Shown here: positions 48,473-57,568 of the stretch, piece after piece
Layout: every line of letters starts with the position of its first letter
How positions within the stretch are numbered: the stretch's first letter is position 1
The notes under the pieces: model-generated
What the model was told of the DNA's origin: nothing
Databases searched by the model: none
The model's input: only the letters and a program-made list of their open reading frames with translations
Program-made: the position numbers and the translations under genes
DNA from: Planctomycetota bacterium
GTDB lineage: Bacteria > Planctomycetota > UBA1135 > UBA2386
Assembly (NCBI GenBank): GCA_965223545.1
Contig: OZ245006.1
Location: forward strand, 6,016,001 to 6,080,000
DNA length: 64,000 nt
Reading direction: 5' to 3'

Positions 48473-50548
48473 ATGACTGGCAAATCCCCCAACGACCGCA
48501 CCGGGCTCTGGCTGGCCCTGATCCTGGTGTGTGCCTTCGCCGCGCACGCGCCGGCGCTGCTCAACGGATTCACCTTCGACGATGCCTTCTACGTCAAGGG
48601 CGAGACGCCGTACGGCACTCCCAACCCGATGGTGGCGACGCTGCATCCGCTGCCCGAGTACTTCCAGCGCCCCTACAACCACGGCGTCAGCGACGGTCGC
48701 GGCTACCGGCCGTTGACGGTCTACAGCTTCGCGCTGCTGCACCACTGGGCGCGCACGCCGGTGCAGAGTGGGATCCTCGGCGACCGTTTCGTCGAGTCCG
48801 CGTGGCCGCAGCACCTGTGCAACTCGCTGCTGCACGTGCTGTGCACTCTGCTCGTGTTCGGTCTCGTGCGCCGGCTGACGGGCGCCGGCCCGGCGCTGCT
48901 GGCGAGCTTGCTGTTCGGTGCGCTGGCGGTGCACACCGAAGCGGTGGCTTGGATCGTCGGTCGTGGAGAGCTGCTGGCGTTCGCCGGCGGCGCGACCGGC
49001 GCGCTGTGCTTTGCGAGTGGCCTGCTGTCTACCGGGCCGCGCCGCGCCGCGTGGCTTGCCGCGGCGGCGGCCGCCGTGTTCGTCGCGTGCGCGAGCAAGG
49101 AGAGCGGCGTCGCCTGGGCGCTCTTCGTGCCGCTCTACGCCATCGCCGTGCGCGTGCGCCGCGGCGCGGCGTGGCGCGCCGGAGCGGGAGCCTGCGCCGT
49201 GGCGTGGTTGGCTACCTGCGGTCTGCCGGTAGCGGTGTTCGCTTGGATGCGGCACGCGGTGCTGCAGCGCTACGTCGCGCCGCGCGGTGCCTTCGAGGTG
49301 CCCTACGAGTTCAATCCGCTGTTCGAGCTGGGGTTCTTCGAGCGGCTGCCGTCGGCGGTGATGCTGCTCGGCTACGGCCTGTACAAGACGCTGGTGCCGA
49401 TCGATCTGTCGTGTAGCTACCGGCACGCGGTGTTCGAGCTGCCCGTGGGCTTTGCGCACTGGGGCTTCCTCTCGACCGCGATCGGTCTCGCGGTGGCGGT
49501 CTACTTGGCTTGGCGGTGGCGTCAGCAGCCGCTGTGGTGGCTGGCACTGGCGAGCTTCACCGGTCTGGCCGTGGTGACGTCCAACTTGCCGTTCGCCATC
49601 GAGACGGTGTTCGCCGAGCGCTTCTACTACGCCCCCAGCCTGGGCCTGGCGCTGGTGGCCGCGGCGCTGGTGGCCGCCACGGGGGCGCGCGGGCGGCGGT
49701 TGTGCGCGGCCGCGGTGGTGTGCCTGTCGCTGGCCAACGTCGCCCTGTCGGCGCGGCGCTCGATGCAGTGGGCCGACGACGCCACCCTGTTCGCCGCCGA
49801 CGTCGAGAGCCAGCCGCGCAGCATCGAGCTGCAGCTCAACCTGGCAGGCCAGCGCTTCGACAACTTCGACGAGGCCGGCGGCCGCGCTGCGCTGGAGCGC
49901 GCGCTGCAGCTCGGCCCCCGGATCCCGCGCGTCCTGCGCGAGGTGGCCGCCTACCGCCTCGGAGTGGCGGTGCGCGCGGCGCGTGGCGGACGGCAGGAGC
50001 AGGCCGAGGCCGGCTTCGCCGAGGTCGAGGCCATGCTTCTCGATGCGCTGCAGTCCGAGCACTACCAACCGCGGCGCGACGGGCGCGACACCCAGGTGCT
50101 GCTGGCCGAGCTGTGTGTCGCGCGCGGCGACGACGATGGCGCGCGGCGGGCGCTGCAGCGCGCCTTGGAGTTCGATCCGCGCAGCGACCGCGTGCGCTTG
50201 CGGCTGAAGCTGAACGCTGAGGATGCCGGCGACGATGCGCGCGCGGCGTCGCTGTTGCGCGAGGGTCTGGCGCTGGACGGCGACTCCGCCTACCTCCTCG
50301 CCGCGCGCGGGCGTCGTGCGCACCGCGCCGGCGATCACGATGGCGCGGCGCGCGACTTTGCCGCGTCGCTGCCGCGCCTGCCGCACGAAGTTTGGGTGGT
50401 CGAGGCGTGGTGTGAGTACGCGGCGTCGTTGGCGGCGCTCGGTCGCACCGCCGACAGCGTCGAGATCGCGACCGCGTTTCTCGCCATGGGAGTGCAGGGC
50501 GAGCAGCGCGCGGCGCTGGAGCGATTGGCGGCGACCCCGCCGGGATGA
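48473..50548 (+). CDS. TMTC-like (DUF1736) GT-C glycosyltransferase with TPRs
   Basis: GFTFDD, YRPLT, HTEAVAWIVGRGELL, SKES, PIDLSCSY, FAERFYYAPS, QW.D..LF, C-terminal TPRs. Confidence 0.82.
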   Translation: MTGKSPNDRTGLWLALILVCAFAAHAPALLNGFTFDDAFYVKGETPYGTPNPMVATLHPLPEYFQRPYNHGVSDGRGYRPLTVYSFALLHHWARTPVQSGILGDRFVESAWPQHLCNSLLHVLCTLLVFGLVRRLTGAGPALLASLLFGALAVHTEAVAWIVGRGELLAFAGGATGALCFASGLLSTGPRRAAWLAAAAAAVFVACASKESGVAWALFVPLYAIAVRVRRGAAWRAGAGACAVAWLATCGLPVAVFAWMRHAVLQRYVAPRGAFEVPYEFNPLFELGFFERLPSAVMLLGYGLYKTLVPIDLSCSYRHAVFELPVGFAHWGFLSTAIGLAVAVYLAWRWRQQPLWWLALASFTGLAVVTSNLPFAIETVFAERFYYAPSLGLALVAAALVAATGARGRRLCAAAVVCLSLANVALSARRSMQWADDATLFAADVESQPRSIELQLNLAGQRFDNFDEAGGRAALERALQLGPRIPRVLREVAAYRLGVAVRAARGGRQEQAEAGFAEVEAMLLDALQSEHYQPRRDGRDTQVLLAELCVARGDDDGARRALQRALEFDPRSDRVRLRLKLNAEDAGDDARAASLLREGLALDGDSAYLLAARGRRAHRAGDHDGAARDFAASLPRLPHEVWVVEAWCEYAASLAALGRTADSVEIATAFLAMGVQGEQRAALERLAATPPG

Positions 50549-50601
50549 GTGCATGGTTTTCCGCGCCCGTGGTGAGGGCCGGCGCTACCATCGCCGAGGC
50601 C

Positions 50602-51132
50602 ATGACCGACGACCCCAGAGGCAAGTCCGGCCCGGCCGACGGCGCCAAGTCGAGCGCCGGCCTGCCGCGCTGGAAGCTGGTTCTGATCGCCTTCGCGGCG
50701 CTGCTGCTGCTGGTGGGCGTCGCGCTCTACTTCGCTGGCGGCGGCGAGCCACAGCGGACCCCCGTCCAACCGGGTACCGCGGGTGCCAGCTTCATCGAGC
50801 TCGGTGGTGGCGAGGCGACGCAGGGGCAGAGCTGGGCGCCCGGCCTGATGCGCATGGGCTTCAGCTTCTTCGTCGCCTTCGCCATCGGCAGCGTGTTTCG
50901 CTCGTTCTTCAAGATCTCGCTGCTCTGCGTCGGCATCTACGCGCTGCTGACCCTGGGCTTGCAGCACCTCGGCTACGTGACCGTGCACTGGGACCAGCTG
51001 GAAGGCATGTGGGCGGGCTTCACCGATCGGGTCAGCGAGGACTTCGGCCGGCTGCGCACCGCGATCACCGGCAGCTTGCCGCAGGCCGGCCTCGCGTCGG
51101 TCGGTTTGTTCGCCGGCTTCAAGAAGGGCTGA
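50602..51132 (+). CDS. FUN14-family membrane protein
   Basis: GFSFFVAFAIG...LQHLGYVTVHW...LP...GLFAGFKKG pattern. Confidence 0.65.
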   Translation: MTDDPRGKSGPADGAKSSAGLPRWKLVLIAFAALLLLVGVALYFAGGGEPQRTPVQPGTAGASFIELGGGEATQGQSWAPGLMRMGFSFFVAFAIGSVFRSFFKISLLCVGIYALLTLGLQHLGYVTVHWDQLEGMWAGFTDRVSEDFGRLRTAITGSLPQAGLASVGLFAGFKKG

Positions 51133-51560
51133 CCGCGGTCGCCCTGCTGCTCGCCACGGTCGCCTGCGGGCGCCCGCAGCAGGTCGTCCTCCGCTACGCC
51201 GACGGCGTGGTTAAGGCGCGCGGCGCCACCATCGAGGGCCAGCGGCACGGCCACTGGACGTTTTGGCACGCCAACGGCAACACCGCCGCCGATGGCGCCT
51301 ACGTCTGGGGGCAGGAAGACGGCGAGTGGCGCTTCTGGCACGAGAACGGCACGGTGCACAAGCGCGGGATCTACCGCCGCGGCGTGCCGCAGGGACCGTG
51401 GACGTTCTACTTCGACGACGGGCAGCCGGAGTTTCAGGGCAGCTACCGCGACGGGGTGGCGTGGGGGTTGTGGAGCGCGTGGCGCCCGGACGGCAGCGTC
51501 GACCCCGACCACACCGGCATGTATCGCGACGGGCGCTTGGTGCGCGGCGCCGAGCGCTGA
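51129..51560 (+). CDS. MORN-variant repeat (YwqK-like) lipoprotein
   Basis: Repeats GHWTFWHANG, GEWRFWHENG, GPWTFYFDDG; lipobox TVAC; start uncertain (CTG overlapping the upstream stop). Confidence 0.7.
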   Translation: MTAVALLLATVACGRPQQVVLRYADGVVKARGATIEGQRHGHWTFWHANGNTAADGAYVWGQEDGEWRFWHENGTVHKRGIYRRGVPQGPWTFYFDDGQPEFQGSYRDGVAWGLWSAWRPDGSVDPDHTGMYRDGRLVRGAER

Positions 51561-51646
51561 GCGGCGCCGCTCCGGCCGCTCTTGGTTTTCGCGCGGCGAT
51601 CCCTCGCCGCGACCACGCCGGCGCGTATCTTTGCCAGGCTCAAAGC

Positions 51647-52228
51647 ATGGTCAAGCTCAACAAGATCTACACCCGCACCGGCGACGACGGCTCCACCGGT
51701 CTCGGCGACGGCTCGCGGCGGCAAAAGCACGACCTGCGCATCGCCGCGTACGGCACCACCGACGAGGCCTCGAGCGCCCTTGGCCTGGCGTTGGTGCACG
51801 GCCTGGATGGCGAGCTCGAAGGCATCGTCCAGCAGCTGCAGAACGACCTGTTCGACGTCGGTGCCGATCTGTGCGTGCCGGGGACCGGCGGGGACGGGCT
51901 GCGGATCGCGCCGGCCTACACCGCGCGCGTGGAGCAGTGGATCGACCAGTACAACGAGCGCCTGCAGCCGTTGCGTTCGTTCGTGCTGCCCGGTGGGAGC
52001 GCGGCGGCGGCGTGGCTGCACTTCGCGCGCACCGTGTGCCGGCGCGCCGAGCGGCTGGTCTCGGAGCTCGGCGCGGTGGAGAGCGAGGCGGCGGCCCTCA
52101 ATCCCGAGGTGTTGCGCTTTCTCAATCGGCTGTCGGACTTGCTGTTCGTGCTGGCGCGCGTCGCCAACGACGACGGCCGCGCCGACGTGCTCTGGCGACC
52201 CGGCGGCGGCGGCGACGGCGTCGAGTGA
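51647..52228 (+). CDS. pduO: PduO-type cob(I)alamin adenosyltransferase
   Basis: KIYTRTGDDGSTGL, AYGTTDE, QNDLFDVGADL, FVLPGG, RTVCRRAER, NRLSDLLF. Confidence 0.93.
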   Translation: MVKLNKIYTRTGDDGSTGLGDGSRRQKHDLRIAAYGTTDEASSALGLALVHGLDGELEGIVQQLQNDLFDVGADLCVPGTGGDGLRIAPAYTARVEQWIDQYNERLQPLRSFVLPGGSAAAAWLHFARTVCRRAERLVSELGAVESEAAALNPEVLRFLNRLSDLLFVLARVANDDGRADVLWRPGGGGDGVE

Positions 52229-52241
52229 CGAAGGAGCGCGC

Positions 52242-52904
52242 TCAGCCGCGTTGGGCGGCGACGTACCAGCCGTAGCGAAACGAGTCGCCGAACCGCTCCT
52301 GCATCGCGTCGAACGCGCGCGTCGCGAGCCGCCGGGCGTGGCGGTGCTTGTGCAGCCAGGAAAACGCCTCCTGCATCGGCGCCACCCAGTGCGGCCGCAG
52401 GTCGGCGTTCGCCAGGCTGGCGAGGAACGACGCGCGGGTGAAGCGCTGGATGTGCGCCGCGCCGGGCTCGCGGCCGAACGGTTGGCTGCAGCGGAACCAG
52501 GCGCGGAACATGCGGTCCGACCAGGCGCGGCCGTTGGGCACCGCGGCGAGCAGGTGGCCGCCCGGCCGCAGCACGCGGTGCACCTCGGCCAACAGCGCGT
52601 CCGGCGCCGCGACGTGCTCGAGGACGTGCATGCAGCTGACCCCGTCGAAGCTGCCGTCGGCAAACGGCAGACCCGCCTCGAAGCTGCACACCACGCGCGG
52701 CACCCCGGCGGCCGCGCCGCGCGGATAGAGATCGGCCTCGACGATCACCCGCGCCGGCAGGTCGCGCACGTGCAGCGACGACTCCGGGTCGATGGTGCTG
52801 CCACCGCCGGCACCCACGTCGAGCCAGCAGCCGTCGCGGCTGGCCTCGACGATGGCGTCGAGCTGATGTGGCAGAGCGGTGGCGGTGGCGGGGGGAGCGA
52901 CCAT
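52242..52904 (-). CDS. class I SAM-dependent methyltransferase
   Basis: LDVGAG, LPFADGSFD, HVLEHV, EVHRVLRPGG, VPN. Confidence 0.8.
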   Translation of the reverse strand: MVAPPATATALPHQLDAIVEASRDGCWLDVGAGGGSTIDPESSLHVRDLPARVIVEADLYPRGAAAGVPRVVCSFEAGLPFADGSFDGVSCMHVLEHVAAPDALLAEVHRVLRPGGHLLAAVPNGRAWSDRMFRAWFRCSQPFGREPGAAHIQRFTRASFLASLANADLRPHWVAPMQEAFSWLHKHRHARRLATRAFDAMQERFGDSFRYGWYVAAQRG

Positions 52905-53009
52905 CGGGTGGGAGCGGGGCGGTCGAGCCGCGGACAAGTCTATGCGAACCGACCGCCCGCTGCCGTGCGCGGTATTCTGGGCGGCTCCCCCAACTGAGGT
53001 TTTCCCCAA

Positions 53010-54446
53010 ATGAGTATCCTCCGGTCCTGCCTCGCCGCCTCCACCGCGCTGGCTTGCGCATCCTCCCTTTGTGGCCAGCCCACCTGGTCGTTGATCACTT
53101 CGCCGGACGAGATCATCGTGCTGGCCGGCGGCGCGGCCCCCAAGGCGCTGGGCTTCATCGACGACCAGGAGTCGGTGATCGTCACCCCGTCGTTCACGAC
53201 GAGCTACGCCGCGCGGCCTTTCTGGACGCTGACCACGCTCAACGTCATGCACGGCGATGGCGACAACGACGGCGATCTGCCGGACACGTCGCGCATCGGC
53301 GACCTCAACTGCCAGTTCGTGCGCCAGCGGCCACCCCACGCGGTCAGTGGCCCCGTCGATCCCAGCGACGTGTTCATCTCGCACGACTTCACGTCGACGA
53401 CCTTCGTCGCCACCAACACCGGCATCCAGCGCGTCGTCGATGGCGACGTCTACCGGGCCCGCAACGGCACCATCGAGTTCTTCGTCACCGAGGCGCAGCT
53501 GCAGACTGCGTTCGGCGGCGGCGACTTCGACGTCGATGCGCTGGCGCAGGACAGTCAGGGCAACCTCTACCTGAGCTTTCTGACCACGGTCACCATCAAC
53601 GGCACCATCTACAACGATGGCGCCATCCTGCACATCCCGGCGGCCGCCATCACCTATGACGCTGCGGGCCTGGTGTCGGTGATCGCCGCCAACAGCGCGC
53701 AGATCATCGCTGACGAGACCGACGTGGGCACCATGGTGTCGAACGCCGGGGCGATGAACATGACCGGGTCGCTGATCACGTCGATCTCTGATGTCTCCGG
53801 CCTGGAGATCGATCCGGCGGGCGGCACCTGGGTCAGCCCGTTCGGGCAGACGTTTCCCAATCTCCTGTTCTGCTCCAACACCGACGTCAACCTCGACAAC
53901 ATCTGGAGCACGAACGCCGGTGGCCAGCTGGCCGTGATCAACGGCGTGCAGATGGGCTATCAGACCGGGCCCGCCACCGGCTCCGTGCTCGGCATCGGTC
54001 TGCTGCCGTCCAACCAGGACGCGATCAGCGGTCTCGCGCTCGTGCCCGAGCAGCACCACTGGATCGCGATCGACAGCCCGCAGTCCGGCCGCCAGGTGCT
54101 CGGGGTGTTCGACATCGAGGTCGGCCGGTGCCAGCCGGGCTCGGCGGTCGGTCTGTTGTTGTCGATCTGGAACAACGAGATGCCGGGTGGCTGGATCAAC
54201 GGGTTCCCCAGCCCGCGGACCGTGTTCGGCGGCAACGCCCTCATCGAGCTCGACTTGGCGACGCTGTTCGCGCTGCCCGGAATGGTGGCCGACGCGCAGG
54301 GCTATGCGTCGCTGACCTTGCCGGCGCCGGCGACGATCTCGCCGGGGCCGGATCTGCTGCTGCAGGGAGTCGGGTTGCCGTTCAACACCGGCTTTCCCGG
54401 GAGCGTCGGGTTCGCGCTCACCGCGACCAGCAACATCACGTTCTGA
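53010..54446 (+). CDS. hypothetical secreted beta-rich protein
   Basis: Signal peptide; DVDALA/DVSGLE/ISGLA propeller-like repeats; C-terminal ADAQGYASLTLP...LLQG domain. Confidence 0.7.
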   Translation: MSILRSCLAASTALACASSLCGQPTWSLITSPDEIIVLAGGAAPKALGFIDDQESVIVTPSFTTSYAARPFWTLTTLNVMHGDGDNDGDLPDTSRIGDLNCQFVRQRPPHAVSGPVDPSDVFISHDFTSTTFVATNTGIQRVVDGDVYRARNGTIEFFVTEAQLQTAFGGGDFDVDALAQDSQGNLYLSFLTTVTINGTIYNDGAILHIPAAAITYDAAGLVSVIAANSAQIIADETDVGTMVSNAGAMNMTGSLITSISDVSGLEIDPAGGTWVSPFGQTFPNLLFCSNTDVNLDNIWSTNAGGQLAVINGVQMGYQTGPATGSVLGIGLLPSNQDAISGLALVPEQHHWIAIDSPQSGRQVLGVFDIEVGRCQPGSAVGLLLSIWNNEMPGGWINGFPSPRTVFGGNALIELDLATLFALPGMVADAQGYASLTLPAPATISPGPDLLLQGVGLPFNTGFPGSVGFALTATSNITF

Positions 54447-54464
54447 GGTGATGGCGACGGGCGG

Positions 54465-56156
54465 GTGAGCGGCGTGTCGTCGGAGGCTTCGGTTGCGAAG
54501 CGGTCGCGCTCTCGCCGGGGGGCGGCGCGCGCTGCCCTCGCCTTCGCTCTGGGGTTGCTCGCACTCGAGCTGATCCTCCAGCTCGGCGCGCTCGCCATCT
54601 GGTGCACCGCCCGGCGCCCGCCCGAAGCGCTGCCCCCAGGCGCGGGGCGCGTCGTGCTCTGCATCGGGGACTCGTTCACCTTCGGGCTGGGGGCATCGAC
54701 AAAGGAGTACTGCTATCCGATGCAGCTCGAGCGAATGCTGAACGCCGCCGGCGAGGACCGTTGGAGCGTCGTCAACGGCGGCTGGCCGTCGCGCACCTCG
54801 CGCGACGTGCTCCTCGAGCTCGACGATCAGCTGCGGCGCTACGCACCCGAGCTGGTCTACGTGTTGGTCGGACACAACGACGCATGGGGCAGTCCGGAGC
54901 TCGTCACCGAGCGGGCGCGCTCGGGCGCCGGATTTCCGCTGCGCTGGCGCACCGGCCGCATGCTCGCGCTGCTGTTCCACGGCCTGCGCGGAGTAGCCGA
55001 CGCTCCGCCACCGTTCGTCGGGCGCTGGCACGACGAGCGTGGGCGTGAGGTCACGTTCGAGGCGAGCGGCCGAATGTACACGGCCGACGACGAGATGCGG
55101 TGGTCGCAAGACCGCGACACACTCGTGCTGGACGCCGCGCACCGCGGCGTGATGCGCGTCGCCTGGCGCCGGGAGGACGACGAGCTCTGGCTGCGCGGGG
55201 GCCCGTGGGTTCCGGAGGTGACGCTCGCGCCGGGCGCGAGTCCGAGAAGGGCCGGCAGCCTCGAGGGCGCACGCAGCGATGTCGCGCACGCGGTGGCGAC
55301 CGGCGAACAGGAGGCCGCCGCCCGCGGCGAGCTGGCAAGGCTCCTGGCTCAGCGAGACCCCGAGCGCGCCCGCGCCGAGCTGGCACGGCTGTCGAAGCTC
55401 GCGAGCGCCGGCGATCCGCAGGCGCGCAACGCGGAGATCCGCGTGCACGCTGCGCTCGGCGACCACGCCGCCGCGCTACGCAAGATGCTCGATCTACTCG
55501 CCACCGCACCGTCGTCGTTTGAGGTTTGGGACCTGCTCGCCGCCGCCGGCACGCGGCCGGAGTACCGCGCCGGAGCGGAGCGCGCGTTGCGCGCTGCCGA
55601 GGTCGTGGCGCGACGAACGGATCGGAAAGCGCTCGGACTCGTGCTCAGTGGTCTGGCAACGGTGGTTCACGAAGACGCCGAGCAGGCAGTGCGCTGGATG
55701 GCGGAGGCCACTCTGCTCGGCAACAGCGACGAGACGCTGCTGTGGCACCTGCGCGGCTTGCGCGGGCGATTGACCCGCGAGGCGTACGTGCGCGCAGTGG
55801 ATGCGGTCGCGCGGGAAGACGGTGACCGCGCGCGGCTATTGCGCATCTGGGATGAGAGCGGCGTCGACCGCAGCGACAGCGTATTCGAGCAACACTTGCA
55901 CGAGATCGTGTCAAGGTGTCGGGTTGCCGGCGCGGAGCCCGTGTTGCTGGACTATCCGGTCGAGCGCGCGAGCATTCAGGCGACCGTGCGTCGTGTGGGC
56001 GAGGCGTTGGGTGTCGGCACGGTCGCGATCCGCGCGGCGTTCGCGGCGCGCGTGGATGGGGTGGAGCAGCTCTTTGCCGGCGATCGGCTGCATTGCAACG
56101 ATGCGGGGTATGAGATCGTCGCGCGCTTGGTGTTCGAGGACGTGCGTTCGCGATGA
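54465..56156 (+). CDS. membrane-anchored SGNH/GDSL hydrolase with large helical insertion
   Basis: Block I CIGDSFTFG, block II NGG, block III GHND, block V DRLHCN. Confidence 0.8.
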   Translation: MSGVSSEASVAKRSRSRRGAARAALAFALGLLALELILQLGALAIWCTARRPPEALPPGAGRVVLCIGDSFTFGLGASTKEYCYPMQLERMLNAAGEDRWSVVNGGWPSRTSRDVLLELDDQLRRYAPELVYVLVGHNDAWGSPELVTERARSGAGFPLRWRTGRMLALLFHGLRGVADAPPPFVGRWHDERGREVTFEASGRMYTADDEMRWSQDRDTLVLDAAHRGVMRVAWRREDDELWLRGGPWVPEVTLAPGASPRRAGSLEGARSDVAHAVATGEQEAAARGELARLLAQRDPERARAELARLSKLASAGDPQARNAEIRVHAALGDHAAALRKMLDLLATAPSSFEVWDLLAAAGTRPEYRAGAERALRAAEVVARRTDRKALGLVLSGLATVVHEDAEQAVRWMAEATLLGNSDETLLWHLRGLRGRLTREAYVRAVDAVAREDGDRARLLRIWDESGVDRSDSVFEQHLHEIVSRCRVAGAEPVLLDYPVERASIQATVRRVGEALGVGTVAIRAAFAARVDGVEQLFAGDRLHCNDAGYEIVARLVFEDVRSR

Positions 56157-56390
56157 GTGGCGGAGCTCCGCGTGCGAGCCGATGGTTCTGGACACGACCA
56201 GTGTCGATGGCGCGACCCAGCGAGGCCAGCCAGGTCGTTGCCCTGGGGTGGCAACAACGGCCTTCAGACCGAAGTGATCTAGCTCGCGTTCACCGCGACG
56301 ACGCTGCGTGTTCAGCTACAGTTATCGGATGACATAAACAACTGGGTCGCAGAAGTTTCCACGTAGTCTCAAGACCGTCGGAGGTGAGAC

Positions 56391-57050
56391 ATGGAACCTA
56401 ACACGGTATGCAGTCGTCTTTGCTTGGACTCAGTCGGCACGGACGGCCTCACCCAGGAGGTGAGCCAAGTCGTCGCCCTGCAGGACTCCAACGCTGTGCA
56501 GCTGGAGGTCGTGGTCGTGGCGTTGACGGGCGACTCCATCACCGCACAGCTACAGTTCCTGCGATGGCACCAACTGGTCTGACCATGGCAGGGCGCATGC
56601 GACGTCAGCCGTAGGCCGACGCATGTTCGCCGGCAATGGCTCCGTCGGTGCGGCGAACGCCTGCCTCCTTGATCAAGGCGACGGGGAACGGCAAAGCGAT
56701 CCTCGACGCGCACGTCGCCGTGTCGTCGCAGGGCCGTGCCCGCGCTGTAACAACCGCCCCCATCCTTCGACCTGACATCACGACACGCCCTGTCATCTGC
56801 CGGACCTGCTCGAGTCACGTCGCGTGCTCCTGCGCGATCTAGTCCTCCCACCACTCCGTGGGCGTCAACGCGCCCCGGTCCATCGCACATGTCGGGAGAC
56901 ATCCTCGTCGTACCTGCTGGGGAGATGGCTGTGCCAACGGATGCGCCGGGTTCACCAGAAGCTCCGGAGATCTCGCTCTGTGTTGGCGCCAGCCCAGCGA
57001 CCTTGGACATCGGTGCCGTAGTGCAGCCCGGGGCCATGACGGAGCGACTG
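56391..57050 (+). pseudogene. possible decayed FG-GAP-repeat gene remnant
   Basis: Short broken frames with FG-GAP-like words (VVALQDSNAVQLEVVVVALTGD; GDILVV...GSPEA); no intact ORF. Confidence 0.2.
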
Positions 57051-57568
57051 GGCCGGCCACCGCGTTTCCACTACGCTTCCGCCCTGCGCTGTGGAACAGT
57101 TCTGGCACGCAGCATGCAAGTTCGTGGCGCCACGTCGAACCGGCCTATCCGCCGGCTGCTTGCGCGGGTAGGACATCGGACAATCAATGGAACAATTCAG
57201 CGAGGTTGCGAAAGCTAGCTTGCTTGTTGCTTGTGAGCATGCGCTGAAGCATGGTCGCACGGAAATCGGGACGCAAGATCTCCTTGTTGGTGTTCTGGAT
57301 GGCGATGCCAACTCCGCAGTCGCGGTTTTGGAAGTGTTGGGCGCTGGCGTCTCTGGCCTGCGGGCCCAGACCGCAGGATCGGCGGCCAATCTCTCTTGGA
57401 GTCAGCGTCAAGCACGCACTGAGTTCTCGGACAATGCGAAGCTCGTGCTTGAAGCAGCAATGCTCTCTGCGGCCAGGCTTCGGCATCGCCCTCTTGAAAC
57501 GGCTCACATCTTGGTTGGCCTACTCAGGCGGGGCGTCGATAACGCCAGGGAGCAACTCTCCGCGCTAG

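Noticed and set aside
51129..51560. YwqK-like gene as antitoxin of a toxin-antitoxin pair
   Set aside because: No adjacent toxin gene; MORN-variant lipoproteins commonly occur alone.
51560..51646. Cobalamin riboswitch upstream of pduO
   Set aside because: The intergenic gap is under 90 nt and lacks B12-box motifs.
47435..55466. Very long minus-strand ORFs (1039 aa and 1074 aa) and similar antisense ORFs elsewhere
   Set aside because: Antisense shadows of motif-bearing plus-strand genes, expected at high GC; only 52242-52904 is a real gene.
56212..56350. 9-bp inverted repeat gcgacccag/ctgggtcgc around an AT-richer segment
   Set aside because: Too short, single occurrence, no target duplication.
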